A stretch of DNA of 60,023 nucleotides, counting the filler, from Circinaria calcarea (Eukaryota): NCBI GenBank assembly GCA_051942165.1. It is 7 parts of 7 records of this genome, joined end to end, with 100 filler letters (N's around TTAATTAATTAA, not from the genome) between each part and the next. Parts side by side here need not be neighbours in the genome. Positions count along the whole stretch, not along the records: positions 8,605 to 17,101 come from JAVECS010001103.1; positions 17,202 to 25,693 come from JAVECS010001104.1; 5 more parts are not named here. One strand, given 5' to 3'. Of this stretch, positions 11,601 through 24,800 are shown in pieces. Made by a program: the position numbers and the translations under genes. How positions within the stretch are numbered: the first letter of the stretch is position 1; every line of letters starts with the position of its first letter. The notes below the pieces were generated by a model that did not search any database, was not told the origin of the DNA, and saw nothing but the letters and a program-made list of their open reading frames with translations.

Positions 11601-14600
11601 GATGACATCGTCTCTACGCGATTTTAGCTCTGAGATTTCCCGTTCATATCGCTCTCGTGTCTCGGCCCAGCTTTCTTCGTTTTGAGCGAGGCTCATCCGA
11701 GCAGATTCGGCCTCAGATTTTATCTCCGCAATCTCAATCTTAAGCTGGCTGTGGTCCGCTCGAACTTTTTGCAAATGCCTCGCCGCATCTGCATGCTTAA
11801 CAAGCTCGTCCTCGTAATTCTGCTGAGCTTGCCTGGCGATCTCAGCTTGAGCCTTCAAATCCTCCTGATGGTAGCGCGCCGCAGTCTCATTACGGTCATT
11901 TAAATCCGTAAGTCGAGCCAGTTCGGCGTCGAACAAGGCCTTCTGCTCTTGGAGCCTTTGGTCGCTCTCAGCTTTCTCGGCTGTAGCGGAAGAGAGATCC
12001 GATTTGACCGCTGATAGCTCCGACTGAACGCCTTCCAGACGCTGATCGAGTTCGCGAATCTTCGCATCCTTCTCTTCAATGATCTTATCCATTTCTTGGC
12101 GGTATTGATCCTGCGTCTCATTCAAGCTTTGCAGTTCTTCTTCCGATGATTGACTAATAGCTTTATACTGCTCAACTTGACTCTTGGCGCTATCAAGCTC
12201 CAATCGTGTAATCTCCAGAGCTCGCTTGACCTCAGAGAGCTCGGTAGCCAGTTCTTGTTCTCTACTGATAGCAGACTGTGTATTACTAGCTGTTGCGCTG
12301 TTTGATTCGTGCTGTTGAATTGCATTAGCTGATTCCGATGCCGTGGATTGGAGGACGTGGAGCCGCTCCTCTGTGCTTCGGAGCTCTACAGTCATCTCAT
12401 CAACTCTAACCTGGAGGTGATCACGTGCAGCACGCACGCCTGCTAGCTCCTCTCGAACAGAACCGAGGGTAGAGATTAGATCGTCAATTCGCTTTTGGCT
12501 CTGCTGCTGTTCGAATTCCCGCCGGAGAGCAGCTCGCTTGCTCTCTTCCACTTCGTCGCTCAGCTTCCTCTTCGTTGCTTGAAGCTCGCCCTCCAAGCTC
12601 TCTATCTGGCTTTCAAGCCTACGCCGAGAAGCTCTATCAGAATGCTCATGCTCATTCTGCAGATTCTGGAGAGTCGCATTCAAGGCATTGAGACGGTCCC
12701 TATCGCTTACGAGACTTTGATTATCTTCTATAAGCCGCTTTTCGATGCTTTTCCAAAGACTTTTCTCTGCCTTCAGGTTTGCCGTCTCATTGCGCATGCT
12801 TTCCAGCAGACCTTTCGCTTCCACTAGGTCTTCAGCAACTTGCTGAACTCTTATGTCCTGCTGTGCAGCTCGTTCCGAAAGTGCTTGCGACTTCCTTTGC
12901 AACTCATTGTTCTCACTCTTTAGCATAGTATAGTTGGCCTGCAGCATCTCGTACCGCTCATGGGCTAATGAAACCTCACCATTCCGCCGTGATACTTCGC
13001 TTCGGAGCTCACCATTCTTTCTTGAGATACTGTCGAACTGCTGCTTGAGAGTTGCACGATCCGAAGCAGCCTCCTGTCGATAGGCGTCAAAATGAGTTTG
13101 CATCTCCCTAAGGGCCTTGACATGATCAGCCATTTCTCTCGAGGTTGGTGACTGCTCCACACTATTGTGAAGATTGTTCCGGGAGGGCGTTACTGGCGCA
13201 GCTCCACCATCAATCGATTCACCGAACATCGAAGCCAAGTCGCTTTCTGGAGGAAGTTGCCCCCTATGCGCGAGGATTCGGCGAAACATGTCCCTTTCCC
13301 GGATGTAACTTTGTGACTGGGTTACTAGTGATTGGACTTCGTCTCTACAGCGCTCATACTTCTGCCGCATAGATTCCAGTTCCTCTAAAGTCTGCGAGGC
13401 CTCGAACTTGGATCTCTGAGCTTCCTCGCCTTCCATTTGGTTGCCCAGTTCACGAGTTAATCGTAGTAGCTTGGTATTTTGTTCCTGAAGAGCGGCAATG
13501 TCCCGGAAAGTAGTAAGATTTTGGCTGATGAATCTATCCGTATCCGTTGCATCGAGTGAGGACTCGACATCCATGTCACCCTGGGCAAGTTGTTCGATGC
13601 GAAGCCTCTCTTCCGCTGTGAAACCGTCACGTCCTTCGCTTTGTGCGCTAACTTCTATCAAGAGGACCTTCACTTGCGAGCTGAGATCACGAAGTTGTTG
13701 GCGCAGCAGGTCTCCTTCACGCATCATGCCGGCTACTCGGCTCTCCCATTTTCTGGCCTCCTTCTTAGCTTGATCGCGTTCTTTTCCAATACTGTCAACC
13801 ATTGTAGACATCTCCAAAACGTCAGCTTCTAAACGGTCATGATCTAAACGAAGCTCCTCAATCTCTGGCTGGCGCGTCTCCATATCCTGGACCATCTCGT
13901 CTATTGTTTCACTGAGCTTCTCATTACGTCGCCTTTCGGCTTCCAGCTCAGCCTTAGCGCTATGATACTCGCTAAACATCTGGGTGAAGTTAAGCCCTCC
14001 TCTGCTCCGTGATAAGTTAGGAGAAAACATTCGAGGAGGGGAGTTTTCTTGATCTGGAGTTCCTCGGGTACTACCGTTAATCCTGGGGCGAGGGCTACCA
14101 AAACCAATTGCGGGATCGTCATGGGTAAGCGCATCGGCTTCGAGGCGCTCGATGTGCACCTCCAGTTCTGCCACTTTACGCTCTGCAGCTATCCTGTCCT
14201 GGTGTTCCGTCTCCATCTCAGCATTAATCTTCCCGAGCTGTTCCGAGGCATTGTCCTTCGCCTGCTCTAGTTGAGCTTGGAGGTCTTGTTGCCTAAGCTT
14301 TTCTGTCTGCGCCGAGTTCCTCATCAATTCAGCTAGTCGGTTAGCAGTATCTAACTCGGCTCGAAAGTTCTCCTCCTGACGTGTAGCCTCTTCACGCAGC
14401 TGCTGGGCTTGTGAGAGGAACTCATCAGCCTTTTGATTGACCTCTTCCAACCTGCTCCGTAAAGTTTGTTCCGTACGGCTGGCAGCCTCAAGGTTTGTGG
14501 CGGCATCTTCGTTTTGGCGTTGAAGTTCAGCAATACGGGCTAACTTCTCCTTACGAAATTTCGACAGTTCCGTAGCCTTAGTCTTCAGTTCCTGATCTAG

Positions 14601-15279
14601 CCAGTCATTGTTTCGCTTGAGTGAATCAATCTCCTGTTGGAGATTCTGCTCTCGGTACTTTGTAGACGAAGACACCGCGTTCAGCGACCGGATCGTTTCT
14701 TCGTGGGAGGATATTTCGTGCCGGAGTTCGATAACCTTTTGGTGTTTTGCTGACAACTCGCCTGCAAGGTCATCATATGCGCGGGACTTTGATTCCAACA
14801 GGGCGAGAGTATCCCGATTGGATGATTCGAGAGATTCAATTCGGGATCTGAGGGAGGAGACCTCGTGTGATGTGGAAGAGGTCGAAGACTTGATTGATAA
14901 GAGCTCCTCCTCCAATGCATTCTTTGCCGACTCTATTGAGCGTGAGCGCAAGTTCAAGAAGTTACTTAACATATAGTTTTAAATCACCTTCTGCCTGCAA
15001 TTTGTTTCGTAGGTCTGCAGCCTCTTTGGAAAATCTGTCCACCGACCCTTTAAGCACGCGACTCTTGACCTCTCCAGCCCGTACGGCATTTTCCAACTCC
15101 ACAGCTAACTTGAGTTTCTCTGCTTTGAGCGACTCATATTCATGGGATCTCACGGAGACCTTCTCCAGTAACGTCCTGACTAGTTGGACTGTAGGATTAG
15201 ACAACAACTCAAGGAGTGACGATTCCGGCAGCGAACAAAAGGACGAAAGGTGAGGCAGATCGAGATTCACGGTTGCCAT
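8623..15279 (-). CDS. MLP1: Nuclear basket coiled-coil nucleoporin Mlp1/Mlp2/Tpr, 3 exons
   Basis: Approximate exons 15279-14988, 14932-10360, 10309-8623 give >2000 aa of coiled coil with Tpr/Mlp-type segments (AQQNYEDELVKHA, LIKYLRREKEI, YIRERDMFRRIL) and a disordered RG-rich tail ending KRIRGGD. Confidence 0.9.
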
Positions 15280-15898
15280 AACTCCGTTGTAGAGTTCCAA
15301 CAATCTCTACACTGTAGAATATTCAGGCCATGGCGGCAGGGTTGGGCAACTCAAGTGATAGGCCCAAAGGCAGTCAACAAAGCGCTCGCAGCGCGGTAAG
15401 AGCTCACTGAACTTGTGATCAGCTCAGACACGACCAGGCTCAATGCTCGAGTTGAGGATGCTACCATACGAGACGTACACGACAAAATCAGACTGCGATG
15501 AAAGAAGGTGGGGGTAGTCTGTGTGTGTGTGTGTGAAGCTTCAAAACGCCGTCTTGATATTTCGCTGTCTGGAAATAGCTTAGCCGCTAATTAAGCCCAC
15601 TAGCGCTATGGCCTTTAAGGCTGAATGCGGCCTTTGGTGAGCCGTTGGTATCGTGATCCAACCCATCTCACCGTCTTCAAGGTGCTCAGTATTGAGTCTC
15701 CGGCTTCTGTATCTTTGTCTTGCCAAACTAGGCAGCTGGTCTAACTGAACGAGGCTTTTTGGCGATGGAAAGATACCCAAAGACTACTCGGTGACCTTAA
15801 AACGGCCGCGACTGAAACTTCACTGAACTCGTCCAGCTCGACTAGGCAGAGCAGACAGAGCTGCCAGCGTTGTGGCATGGGAGTAGCGACCGACCAAC

Positions 15899-16771
15899 AT
15901 GCCGTCGTACCTTGATGATCAACTCAACGCTTTCAGGACTAACGTCTCCTCATCCTCAAACAAGATATCCAACAAGCGAACCGCTGCAGCTCAGAGTACA
16001 TCCAGTCCTTCTCCAGTCCCATTGCAAGCCTCAGCACCAAGCAAAAATGAACTCAAACGCAAGCGTCCGGAGCCAAGTAACATTGTCTACTCTCAACCGG
16101 CGGATACCGGTACAGGGCGAAATATCATGACCCAGGTGACCTATGCGGTGGAATATTTGAAGAACAAGGGAACACCACAGACGTTGTCAGACCTTCTGTC
16201 GTACTTATCGCTACAGTACCGAGAGGATGATTACAAACGTACTATCTGGGCAATCCTCAAGCAGCACGATAAGGTCAAATACGATGCAAGCGGCAGCGAT
16301 GGAAAAGGCACATTCAGCTTTAGGCCAATGCACGATATTCAAACAAGCGAGCAACTACTAGGTCACCTGCAAAGGCAGTTGACCGCACAAGGTGTCAACG
16401 TTCGCGAGTTGCGTGATGGATGGCAAGGGGCTGAAGAGTCGATCAACAGGCTCGAAGCGCAAAGTAAGCTGCTGGTAACGCGCAACAAGAAAGATGACCA
16501 CGCAAAGATGGTGTGGCTGGATGATCCAACCTTGGCAGTTCACATCGACGATGAGTTCAAGAATATATGGCATAAGATCCGGCTTCCTGAGGCCGGTGTT
16601 CTGGCTGACGAGCTCGAGAGGGCCGGACTGACTCCAACAAATAAGGCTCGAGGTATTAAAGTTAAGCCGAAGGTGCAGGAGAAGAAGACCAAAAAGCCGA
16701 GGAGGAGCGGGAAAACAACCAATGTGCATATGCAAGGCGTTCTGAGGGATTATTCGCATCTGAAGAAATAA
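15899..16771 (+). CDS. TFA2: Transcription initiation factor TFIIE beta subunit
   Basis: 290-aa ORF; VYSQPADTGTG, TQVTYAVEYLK, FSFRPMHDI, ELRDGW, DDEFKNIWHKIRLP and C-terminal KTTNVHM...LRDYS. Confidence 0.9.
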   Translation: MPSYLDDQLNAFRTNVSSSSNKISNKRTAAAQSTSSPSPVPLQASAPSKNELKRKRPEPSNIVYSQPADTGTGRNIMTQVTYAVEYLKNKGTPQTLSDLLSYLSLQYREDDYKRTIWAILKQHDKVKYDASGSDGKGTFSFRPMHDIQTSEQLLGHLQRQLTAQGVNVRELRDGWQGAEESINRLEAQSKLLVTRNKKDDHAKMVWLDDPTLAVHIDDEFKNIWHKIRLPEAGVLADELERAGLTPTNKARGIKVKPKVQEKKTKKPRRSGKTTNVHMQGVLRDYSHLKK

Positions 16772-16973
16772 CGGCGAGCTACATCGGAGGCAGTAACGGT
16801 CCTGCATGCATCCTGGCGTTTGGAATTGAAAAGCCCAAGGTTACTGTATGATCATGACCATCCGCAGATGATGAATGACTTTGGGAGCATTAGGAGCTTA
16901 CTGGGCAAATCAAGCCTACAGAATGAGCAATCACAAAGGAATCGTCGTATTAAACACCACACCATGGTCGTAT

Positions 16974-17101
16974 GACATGTCCAAATCGTACAAGGCCTTG
17001 ATCTACGACTCCAAGTCCCTTTTAACCCCAAAGAAATAATTCTTTGGGGTTAAAAGGGACTTGGAGTCGTAGATCAAGGCCTTGTACGATTTGGACATGT
17101 C
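16974..17101. repeat. Perfect 62-bp inverted repeat with 4-nt loop, at contig end
   Basis: 16974-17035 is the exact reverse complement of 17040-17101; loop ATAA. Confidence 0.95.
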
Positions 17102-17201
17102 NNNNNNNNNNNNNNNNNNNNNNNNNNNNNNNNNNNNNNNNNNNNTTAATTAATTAANNNNNNNNNNNNNNNNNNNNNNNNNNNNNNNNNNNNNNNNNNN
17201 N
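17102..17201. other. Artificial contig spacer
   Basis: N44-TTAATTAATTAA-N44. Confidence 0.98.
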
Positions 17202-17675
17202 GGGTTTAATGATGCTGGAATAGGTAGGAGTAATTTGTGATGATTATTCTATTCTACATACAAGGGGTATGAGGTTACGATAGCAAGTCCATGGGGTTTT
17301 TGCGTTAGCATACCTATGGGCAGAAAATGGAAGGAGATTTGAGAGTTTTTCGGGAACCGACGGGAATGGGGAAATCATCTATTTCCCTCCCTTTTTTCCT
17401 TTTTCCTTTTTCCTTGGGAGGAGCAAAAAGCTGTCATGTAGGGAATTCTCTCTTCTCTTACCTCGGGCAGGCATCGAAAATGCCCCCCCAATCTCGTTTC
17501 ACATTGCTTCTTTCCTTCCCTCTCTCCAACCGGGTGGATTTTAATCTAGAACTAGAAAACAAAAACCAGCATACCCTGTCTCCTTTCCTCCTCCAAACCA
17601 ACCCCCTCCCCCCTCTTCTCCCTCTTTTTCAAAACAAATCACAAATCTCAGACTTCTCTCCCGTTTTTACACCCC

Positions 17676-17702
17676 TCATCGTCATCATCATCATCATCAT
17701 CA

Positions 17703-17740
<38 letters not shown>
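17676..17740. repeat. Compound microsatellite (ATC)n(GTC)n
   Basis: Directly visible trinucleotide runs. Confidence 0.95.
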
Positions 17741-17741
<1 letters not shown>

Positions 17742-18273
17742 AAGGCACGCAACAGAACTACATCAATCTCAATTCCAACGCCCGAATATGCAAGTCTGGC
17801 AATTGTGGAAAATGGTAATTTTTAACCAAGTGATCTAGGAAGTCTTCGAGTAGCCTAGCCTAGCCTCGGATTCCGAGGCGTTTACAAATACACGCACGCT
17901 TTATTTCTCCTCTTCGCTCTCGTAAGCCCTAGTACCAGTGATGCCAATGACCATGTCTGTATGTATGCCGGCGGTCTCATCTTCTTTTTCTTTTCAAGGA
18001 AAAATACTGGCAAGGTATAGGAGAGAGAGAGAGAAGCATTCATCCCCTTCCGCCAAAAAACACATCCGTGGGGCGCCAAAACCGCACGCACGATTCCAAA
18101 CAAGGGACTTAACCACATTCACCCTTCACCCCCTTCTCCTCCTTTACAGACCCCACCACATGCATGACAAAAACACGACGACTTCCCCCCCATTTCCATA
18201 GGGTCCCTTCCAGGATTTCTTTTCCACGCACGCACTGCCCAAGGGACCATAAACCAAAAAATCCCCGCCATCT

Positions 18274-20750
18274 TCAAATTGGATACAAGAACCTCGTCTC
18301 CTTCTCATACCGACTCACCGTGCGAATCATACTCGCAAACTTATCCCGCCGTTCCTTACCCACCACCGCTCCCTTGAAGACCTTGAGCAGGACCCCGATC
18401 GTCGTACCCTCGGGCGGGATACGGGCTTTGAGTTCCGCAGGTGTGGGAAGGGGTTGGAGATCCGCTGGTTCTGCTATTCAAAAAGGGTTTAGTAAAGAGT
18501 TTGAGATTTCGAGATCGGAGTAGAAAGGGAGACAAAAAACACTGGGGTGGGAGGGAGAGAGAGTTTACCTGAACTTGCAGCAGGGACCCCAGGTGCTGAT
18601 GGGCCTGGAACGGCTGTAGAGGGTATGTTGACGATGTCAGGGCTTGCGGCCCTGCTAGCTTGAGGACTGGCGCTCTTGCTGCCTGGGGCGCTAAGATGGA
18701 GTTTGATGCGTTTGCGGGTCCCGTCGCTCATTTCGCCGCCGGAGAGAGCTTCGCCATCGCTGCCTGAGCCTGCCCCAGTAGCGCGAGAGCGTTTATTATC
18801 GGACCGGGAAGGAATATCGGTGGGTCTGTCGGAATTGACTGTGAGGCGGACGTTGGAAGGTTTACGCTGGGCTGGGGCCACTGGATGGGCACTGGCGGAG
18901 TCTGAAGGGGGAAAGATAGCAGGAGATCTGGGGCGAGAGGGAGGACCGTTAGGGGTAGATACGCCGGTCTGGAGGTTAGATGGGTTGGCATGTTTCTTTT
19001 TGTGTTTCTTGCGGGAGGATTCATTGCCACTTGCTTCGGAGATGTTAGGAGAGCCAGGGCGTTTCAGTGAGTTGGAAGAGACTGATCTCTGGCTAGAGTC
19101 GAGAGGTTTATTGGGCCGGTTTGAAGGTGTACTTGTACCTTTAGTGGAGTTACCTGAACCGGTTTTGCCAGGTTTGAGTTTATCCTTGTCGGATTGAGAA
19201 GCAGTGACCTTCTTCTCTTCCTCCTCCTTTTTCTTGCGCTCTTCTTCCCTTAGGCGCTCAGTCTCAGAATCGGAAGATTCGGTCTGCGCAAGCACTTAGC
19301 GTCGGGAGCGTCACAAGTTTCAAAAGTACTTTACCTCTTCTGAATAAGGGTTATTATCCGAGTCGTCGTAGTAGTCGTAATTCTTCTCTCGCTTGACCAA
19401 TGTCTTTCTAACCTTCTTCCCAAGCTTCTTCTGGGCCTCTTTCATTTTCTTCTCCCGATTTTCTGCTTTGTCATATGCCTTCTCGGCTTTGAGGTTAAAT
19501 ACATTTGCTTGGAGCTGATCCTGCTTAATCCGCGCTTCGGCTTCCTTTGCCTCTTCGGGGTCCCCTTCGAATAGCTCGTTCTCCTCATCATCCGCAAATT
19601 GTTCTTCGAAGTCAAGATCGTCGACGCCTTCTTCCCGCTTGACTCCACCAGCAGCGGCTACCCTGCCTTCATCATCATCATTAACCACTTTCCCCACATA
19701 GAGCTTACTAGCAGCTTTCTTATTTTTCTGCTCCTCTTGCTTATCCTTCTGGACTTTCTGCGATTCCATAAACCATCGTGGATCCTTGAACTTCTTGTTC
19801 ATATGACTCTCGGCTTCTTCCGTTGTCAAAATCCTAAACTGCTGCTTCGAGGTAAACTTGTACCATTTATCGACCGGGGTCATTCGGAATACGTTATCCT
19901 TTCCCAACGCCATTATGACGTTCGTTTCTGACAGAGCTGCCTCATAGCTCCCCACCCAGGTCTGCTTGTTGTCGAAATCCTCAAGATGCCATGGCAAAGC
20001 TTCCTCATATCTTAATTTCGACTCTAGTTTTTGCTCTTCGGTTTGGTTGTTGCGAAACACCTGTTGCGTCTTCTTTTTGGAGTTGCCCAACCGCTTCTGG
20101 CCCGCCGAATTGGTTGATGGTGCGACTTGCGCCATCTCCGCTTCTCGCTGAGCATCTCGCTCTGCCTGCAATTGCTCTTGCAACTCTTTCTCCTTAGATT
20201 CAAGAACCCCGTCTTTTGAATCCATGCCTTCCATGGGCGTATCCCCATCCTTGCCTCCGCCACCTGCAGGAGGTGCTCTTGGGTCCCGCCTATGCAGTCT
20301 AACCGGCCTTGTAAATTCACCCTCATTGCTGGGGTCAATGACCTTCTTGGAGGCAAACTTGGCAACATGTAGTCGCAGCTCTTCCTTGAGCGCTCTTTTG
20401 GTCATAACCAACGGATAATCTCTGTAAGGCGCTATCGGAGCCGACGTAAAACCACTAACCGCGGTTTCAGAGGCTGAGTGTATGCTTGGTGGAGCCGAAG
20501 CAGGCGGCCGCGGCGGATGTTGTGTGATAGTCTGCGACCTACCCTGGCCTGGAACAGAAAGTCCATTTGCGTGGATCCCATTGGGCCCGTTGGATGATTT
20601 TACTGGGGGACGCTGAAGTCTCTTCCGGTTTTTATTAGGCCTGACGAGTGGATCAGCTGGTTTAGGGCGTCGAATCAACGGAGGAAGTGAGCCGTTGGGA
20701 GTTCGACTAGGAGTTTGACTAGGCGTATGGTCCGCTGGTGAGGCGCTCAT
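18274..20750 (-). CDS. TFG1: Transcription initiation factor TFIIF alpha subunit (Tfg1/RAP74), 3 exons
   Basis: Exons 20750-19335, 19283-18569, 18473-18274. Motifs FTRPVRLHRRDP, KLRYEEALPWHLEDFDNK, WVGSYEA, VDKWYKF, acidic FADDEE; last exon encodes a short winged-helix-like end (PTPAELKARIPPEGTTIGVLLKVF). Confidence 0.9.
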
Positions 20751-21166
20751 TGTAGACGCAGATTAAGTGCGGAGTGGGCTGGGATGGTTTTGATTTGAGT
20801 TCTGCTCCCTCCGAATGGAAGATACAGGGCGTGCACTGAGCTTTTCAGTGAGAGGCGCGCTCTGCGGCAGTTCAGACCATCGCAACCGGTTCGGGGTATG
20901 CCAGCTTGAAAGAGGATAGATTGTTCTGTTCAGGTTATAAGGCAGCGTTTCAGAGAGTTGGAGGTGAGGCGGTGGGCTTTACTGGACGCTCGTTCTTCCG
21001 AGATGTTGCAGTGAATGCTCTTCTTCGTTCATTCATGTGAATCACGGCGCTAGTCCCAAGGCTGAGTCTTTCTGCTTTAGGCTAGGCTACTTTGGACCTA
21101 AACGCAGACGAAGAAGCTCTTGCCGAGATTAGCGCCCAAACTCAATATGTGGGGAAATAGTGAAAT

Positions 21167-21264
21167 GTTCATGCATCGTCTTCTCCAGTCTCATTGAATA
21201 TGGAGAAGAGATAAGGTTCATGCGTCGTCTTATTTTGTCTCATTGAATAAGGAGAAGAGAAAAG
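21167..21264. repeat. Two imperfect tandem copies of a 49-bp unit in a divergent intergenic region
   Basis: GTTCATGCATCGTCTT...TCTCATTGAATATGGAGAAGAG at 21167 repeats as GTTCATGCGTCGTCTT...TCTCATTGAATAAGGAGAAGAG at 21216. Confidence 0.85.
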
Positions 21265-21826
21265 GGATTTTGCTACCACCTGCAGCCTACAGCCTCTTGA
21301 GAAGTCAATGGTGTAGACTTAACCTCTGAAAACAACGGTGCTCTGCTGCATTCTTATTTAATCTACTCTAACTCTCACCCCAATGCCTCTTTTGTGGATT
21401 TTCTCCAGCTTCCCCAAGTTGCAAGGTTGTCTTCTGGAGGTGTATTTCTATTGAAGGGATTAGCAGTTTCTGAATGGCAATTGTACCCGAATTGAATCAA
21501 AGGGAAGGCATATAATGTGGCAGTCGACATTTCATTCACATGATCTGTTGTGATTGACTCTCTCACGGATGAAAGTCGTTACTTCTTCAACCCAACCGGC
21601 ATCGAAACGTGCCAACTTTGGCCACTCTTCGTGCTTCTTACCTTTCAGAGCATCATTTGGTTTCCCAACTGCTTGTGGCTTTATCAACTGTAGTACAGTT
21701 GAGGACATTTCCGATCAACAGCTGGCGCGAGTCTCTGAACTCCACCTGGTGGATTAAGGACAGATTTGATGAAAAGTACGCTTGCTCTTAATACTACATA
21801 CTTATGCTGGTCAATCTCCTGTAACC

Positions 21827-24800
21827 ATGTCAAATCCACCGCCGTTCACCGTGGCACAACCATCGTTGTTGGAAGTCGAAGTTCCTATTGTGAAACTTCC
21901 TCCCGTTGCTGAACCTGAAAAGGATTCAAAAGCCAAAGCCAAATCCCCAAGCAGGCCACATGTTAATCCATCGCCGGTTCAGGATCTTGAGAGCCATCTA
22001 CGAGGCATGATCTTGAGCAATGGTGTCGCTACGCCCTCGCAGGCTAACCCCGAAGACGGAACTTTGTCCAGTCGTGTACCCCCGCACCTACGTTTAGCAC
22101 CGCTTGCTGAGCAGCAGGAATACATTGCGAGACACCAAAATGATGCAGCGCCTCCAAACCTAGTTGGAGCTGGCTCACATCTTATTAAGAAGATTCACCG
22201 AACGGAGAGAGAGATACAAAATGGACAAAATAATGTACCAAGCTTGCCAACATCGAAAGTAACTACGAATGCCGTCAAGAACCATTCATCCACTGCAAAC
22301 GGATCCCCTGAACTAAGCCTATCGTTATCTCAAAGCCATCGACGCTCGGTTCATCAGGCGCCAAGATATGAAGAATCTCAGCGTGCCCCCAATACTTTTC
22401 CGCCCTTAGGCATGAATCATTCACAGCAACGACAGTTGCCACAGCATATTCGAAATGGCGGGCGGTCTCGTATTGAAGGAGGTCCCTTACCAAAAATATC
22501 AGCTATCTCGTCACAACCTCGACATACCTACATGAATAATTCCATCTCCCAAGTTCCTTCGCGTCAATACCCTGACCTTCTGCCTCCAGAGAGCTTCCAT
22601 GTCAGACCAGGTCCTCCTCAGAATCGCCACCTTTTCGATCCTAACAGAGGCGCACCGAATCAGCCATTCTCGAATCGGGGTCCGCCACCAAGAAGCCCAG
22701 GCAGGTTCGCTCATTTCCATGCCCAGGTAGACTTTTTAAACTACCTTGCGGATGTGGAAATTTCGAAAGCCGAGATCAAGCGTGAGGATCTTCAAGCAAA
22801 AGAAAATCTACGACTTTCTTTGGAGGAGATATGCAGGTTGACAATCACCAAATTCGAACAGATTGAGGATCCGTGTTTCGATTCCAGTACTGTGAAGCTT
22901 CAATGCTTCGGTAGTTTGAGCTCTGGTTTTGCTACTACTGGGTCGGATATGGACCTGGCACTTATATCACCGGCGTCTAAGCCAGACACTGCCTCTGTGG
23001 AGTCCAAGATACCAAGGTTGATTGAGCGAGCACTATTAGACTTAGGTTACGGAGCTAGGCTTTTGACACAGGCAAGGGTTCCCATCATAAAGTTCTGCGA
23101 GAGACCGACGCCAGAACTTGCGGAAGCCTTGATACAGGAGCGATTGAAGTGGGAGAAAATCAAAGACTTGCCACCCAAGCTGAAGAAGGCTAAGAGGGGA
23201 ACTGACTCACAGCTGCCACCTTCACCTTCCGGAAGCCCGACTGATCCTACTCTTCCTCAGAACCGCCCTAACACCCTCCCTCCTCCATCCGTGGCAAAAA
23301 TGACTAGAAAGAGAACCAATTCACGCCCACCATCATCTAAGTCCAAATTCCGGCTGGAACCCAACCTTACTCAAACCCCTCTCAATGCTCCTTCAATTCC
23401 GTCTTTAGCAGTACATACTCGCAAGGATATAATCCCCGCCGAACCTGCATCTAGCCCAATTAATCCATCCAAAGATGGTGAAATCGAGAAGAAGGCCAGC
23501 AAAAAGAAACGCCTAAAGAAGGCGAAGGCAATGAACATCGGAAAATTTCTTGAATCTCAGCACAGCGGCAATAAGGCGATTAGCGAAGATTCCATCATAA
23601 ATAGTCAAGCTTCTCAGCTTGCTGACAACAAACTGAAGCTAAATAGTAACCATCACGTGGATAATACCAGTACAACACCTGCCATACCGAGGATTGAGCT
23701 TGCGACCGATAGGCTTCTAGCCAACGGAGTTGACAGAAAAGTGGACGTGAAGCCTGTGGCAGACGCCAGAAGCTATCACGATCGAATTCACGCCGAATCT
23801 GAAGATCTCGACGGAACTCCAGTTCCTGAAGACGTCAAGACCACAACTGTCATTGATAACCGTAACGGACAGGATGAATCCTTAGATGACAACAACAAAG
23901 AGGTACTGGTTGATGTTGGAGATACTGAAATTGCCCCTCCCGTTAGATCAGATGAAGAACTAGTCTATTTGTACAAGTTAGCCATCAGCGAGGGCTGGTT
24001 CGAAATTGATGAGAGAAAGATCATTTACAAATTCGCAGATGCTGTCAAACAAAGCAGTATCAACAAGAATGTGACCGAGCTTGCAGATGCACGAGCCGCA
24101 TTAAAAAGTCTACCAGATGTCCTCAAAAGATACCGTGACATTACCGACAACCCTTTGGATTTCCCCAAAAGTGGAGTTGGCATACAAAGCGATATTAATT
24201 TCTCAAACCCGCTGGCCCTTCATAATACACTGCTCCTTCGTTGCTACTCGCATTGTGATGCACGCATCCGCCCAATGGTACTCTTTGTGAAGGCCTGGGC
24301 TAAACAGCGCAAGATCAATAGTCCGTATCAGGGTACATTGTCCTCTTACGGATATGTTCTGATGGTCTTGCATTTCGTGGTCAACATTGCCGACCCTCCT
24401 CTTGCACCTAATCTGCAATTGGCGCCACGGGCTTTCCTACCCACTTTCAATCTTAGTGAGACTGTTTGTGACGGATATAATGTTCGGTTCTGGCGTTCGG
24501 AGAAGGAGATTCGCGATTGTGTCGCTCGAGGCACGCTGCTCGCACACCCGCAGAACCGCGAACCACTTGGATCCCTCTTGCGTAGTTTCTTTCAATACTA
24601 TGCTCAACAGGGTCCAAACGTGATTGGTAGCGGATTTTCATGGTCATTGGATGTGTTATCGCTGCGTTCGTCTGGAGGACTCTTATCAAAGCAGGAAAAG
24701 GCCTGGACAGGTGCCAAGACCGTCACAATCGAGCCTACTGTTCCCGGCCAGCAGAGCAAGGAGGTACGACACCGATACCTTTTCGCTATCGAGGACCCAT

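Noticed and set aside
17327..17818. 163-aa ORF with poly-Ile/poly-Val 'transmembrane' run
   Set aside because: The run is translated (ATC)n(GTC)n microsatellite in low-complexity intergenic DNA.
15899..20750. Apparent cluster of general transcription factor genes (TFIIE-beta next to TFIIF-alpha)
   Set aside because: They are on different contigs separated by the spacer at 17102-17201.
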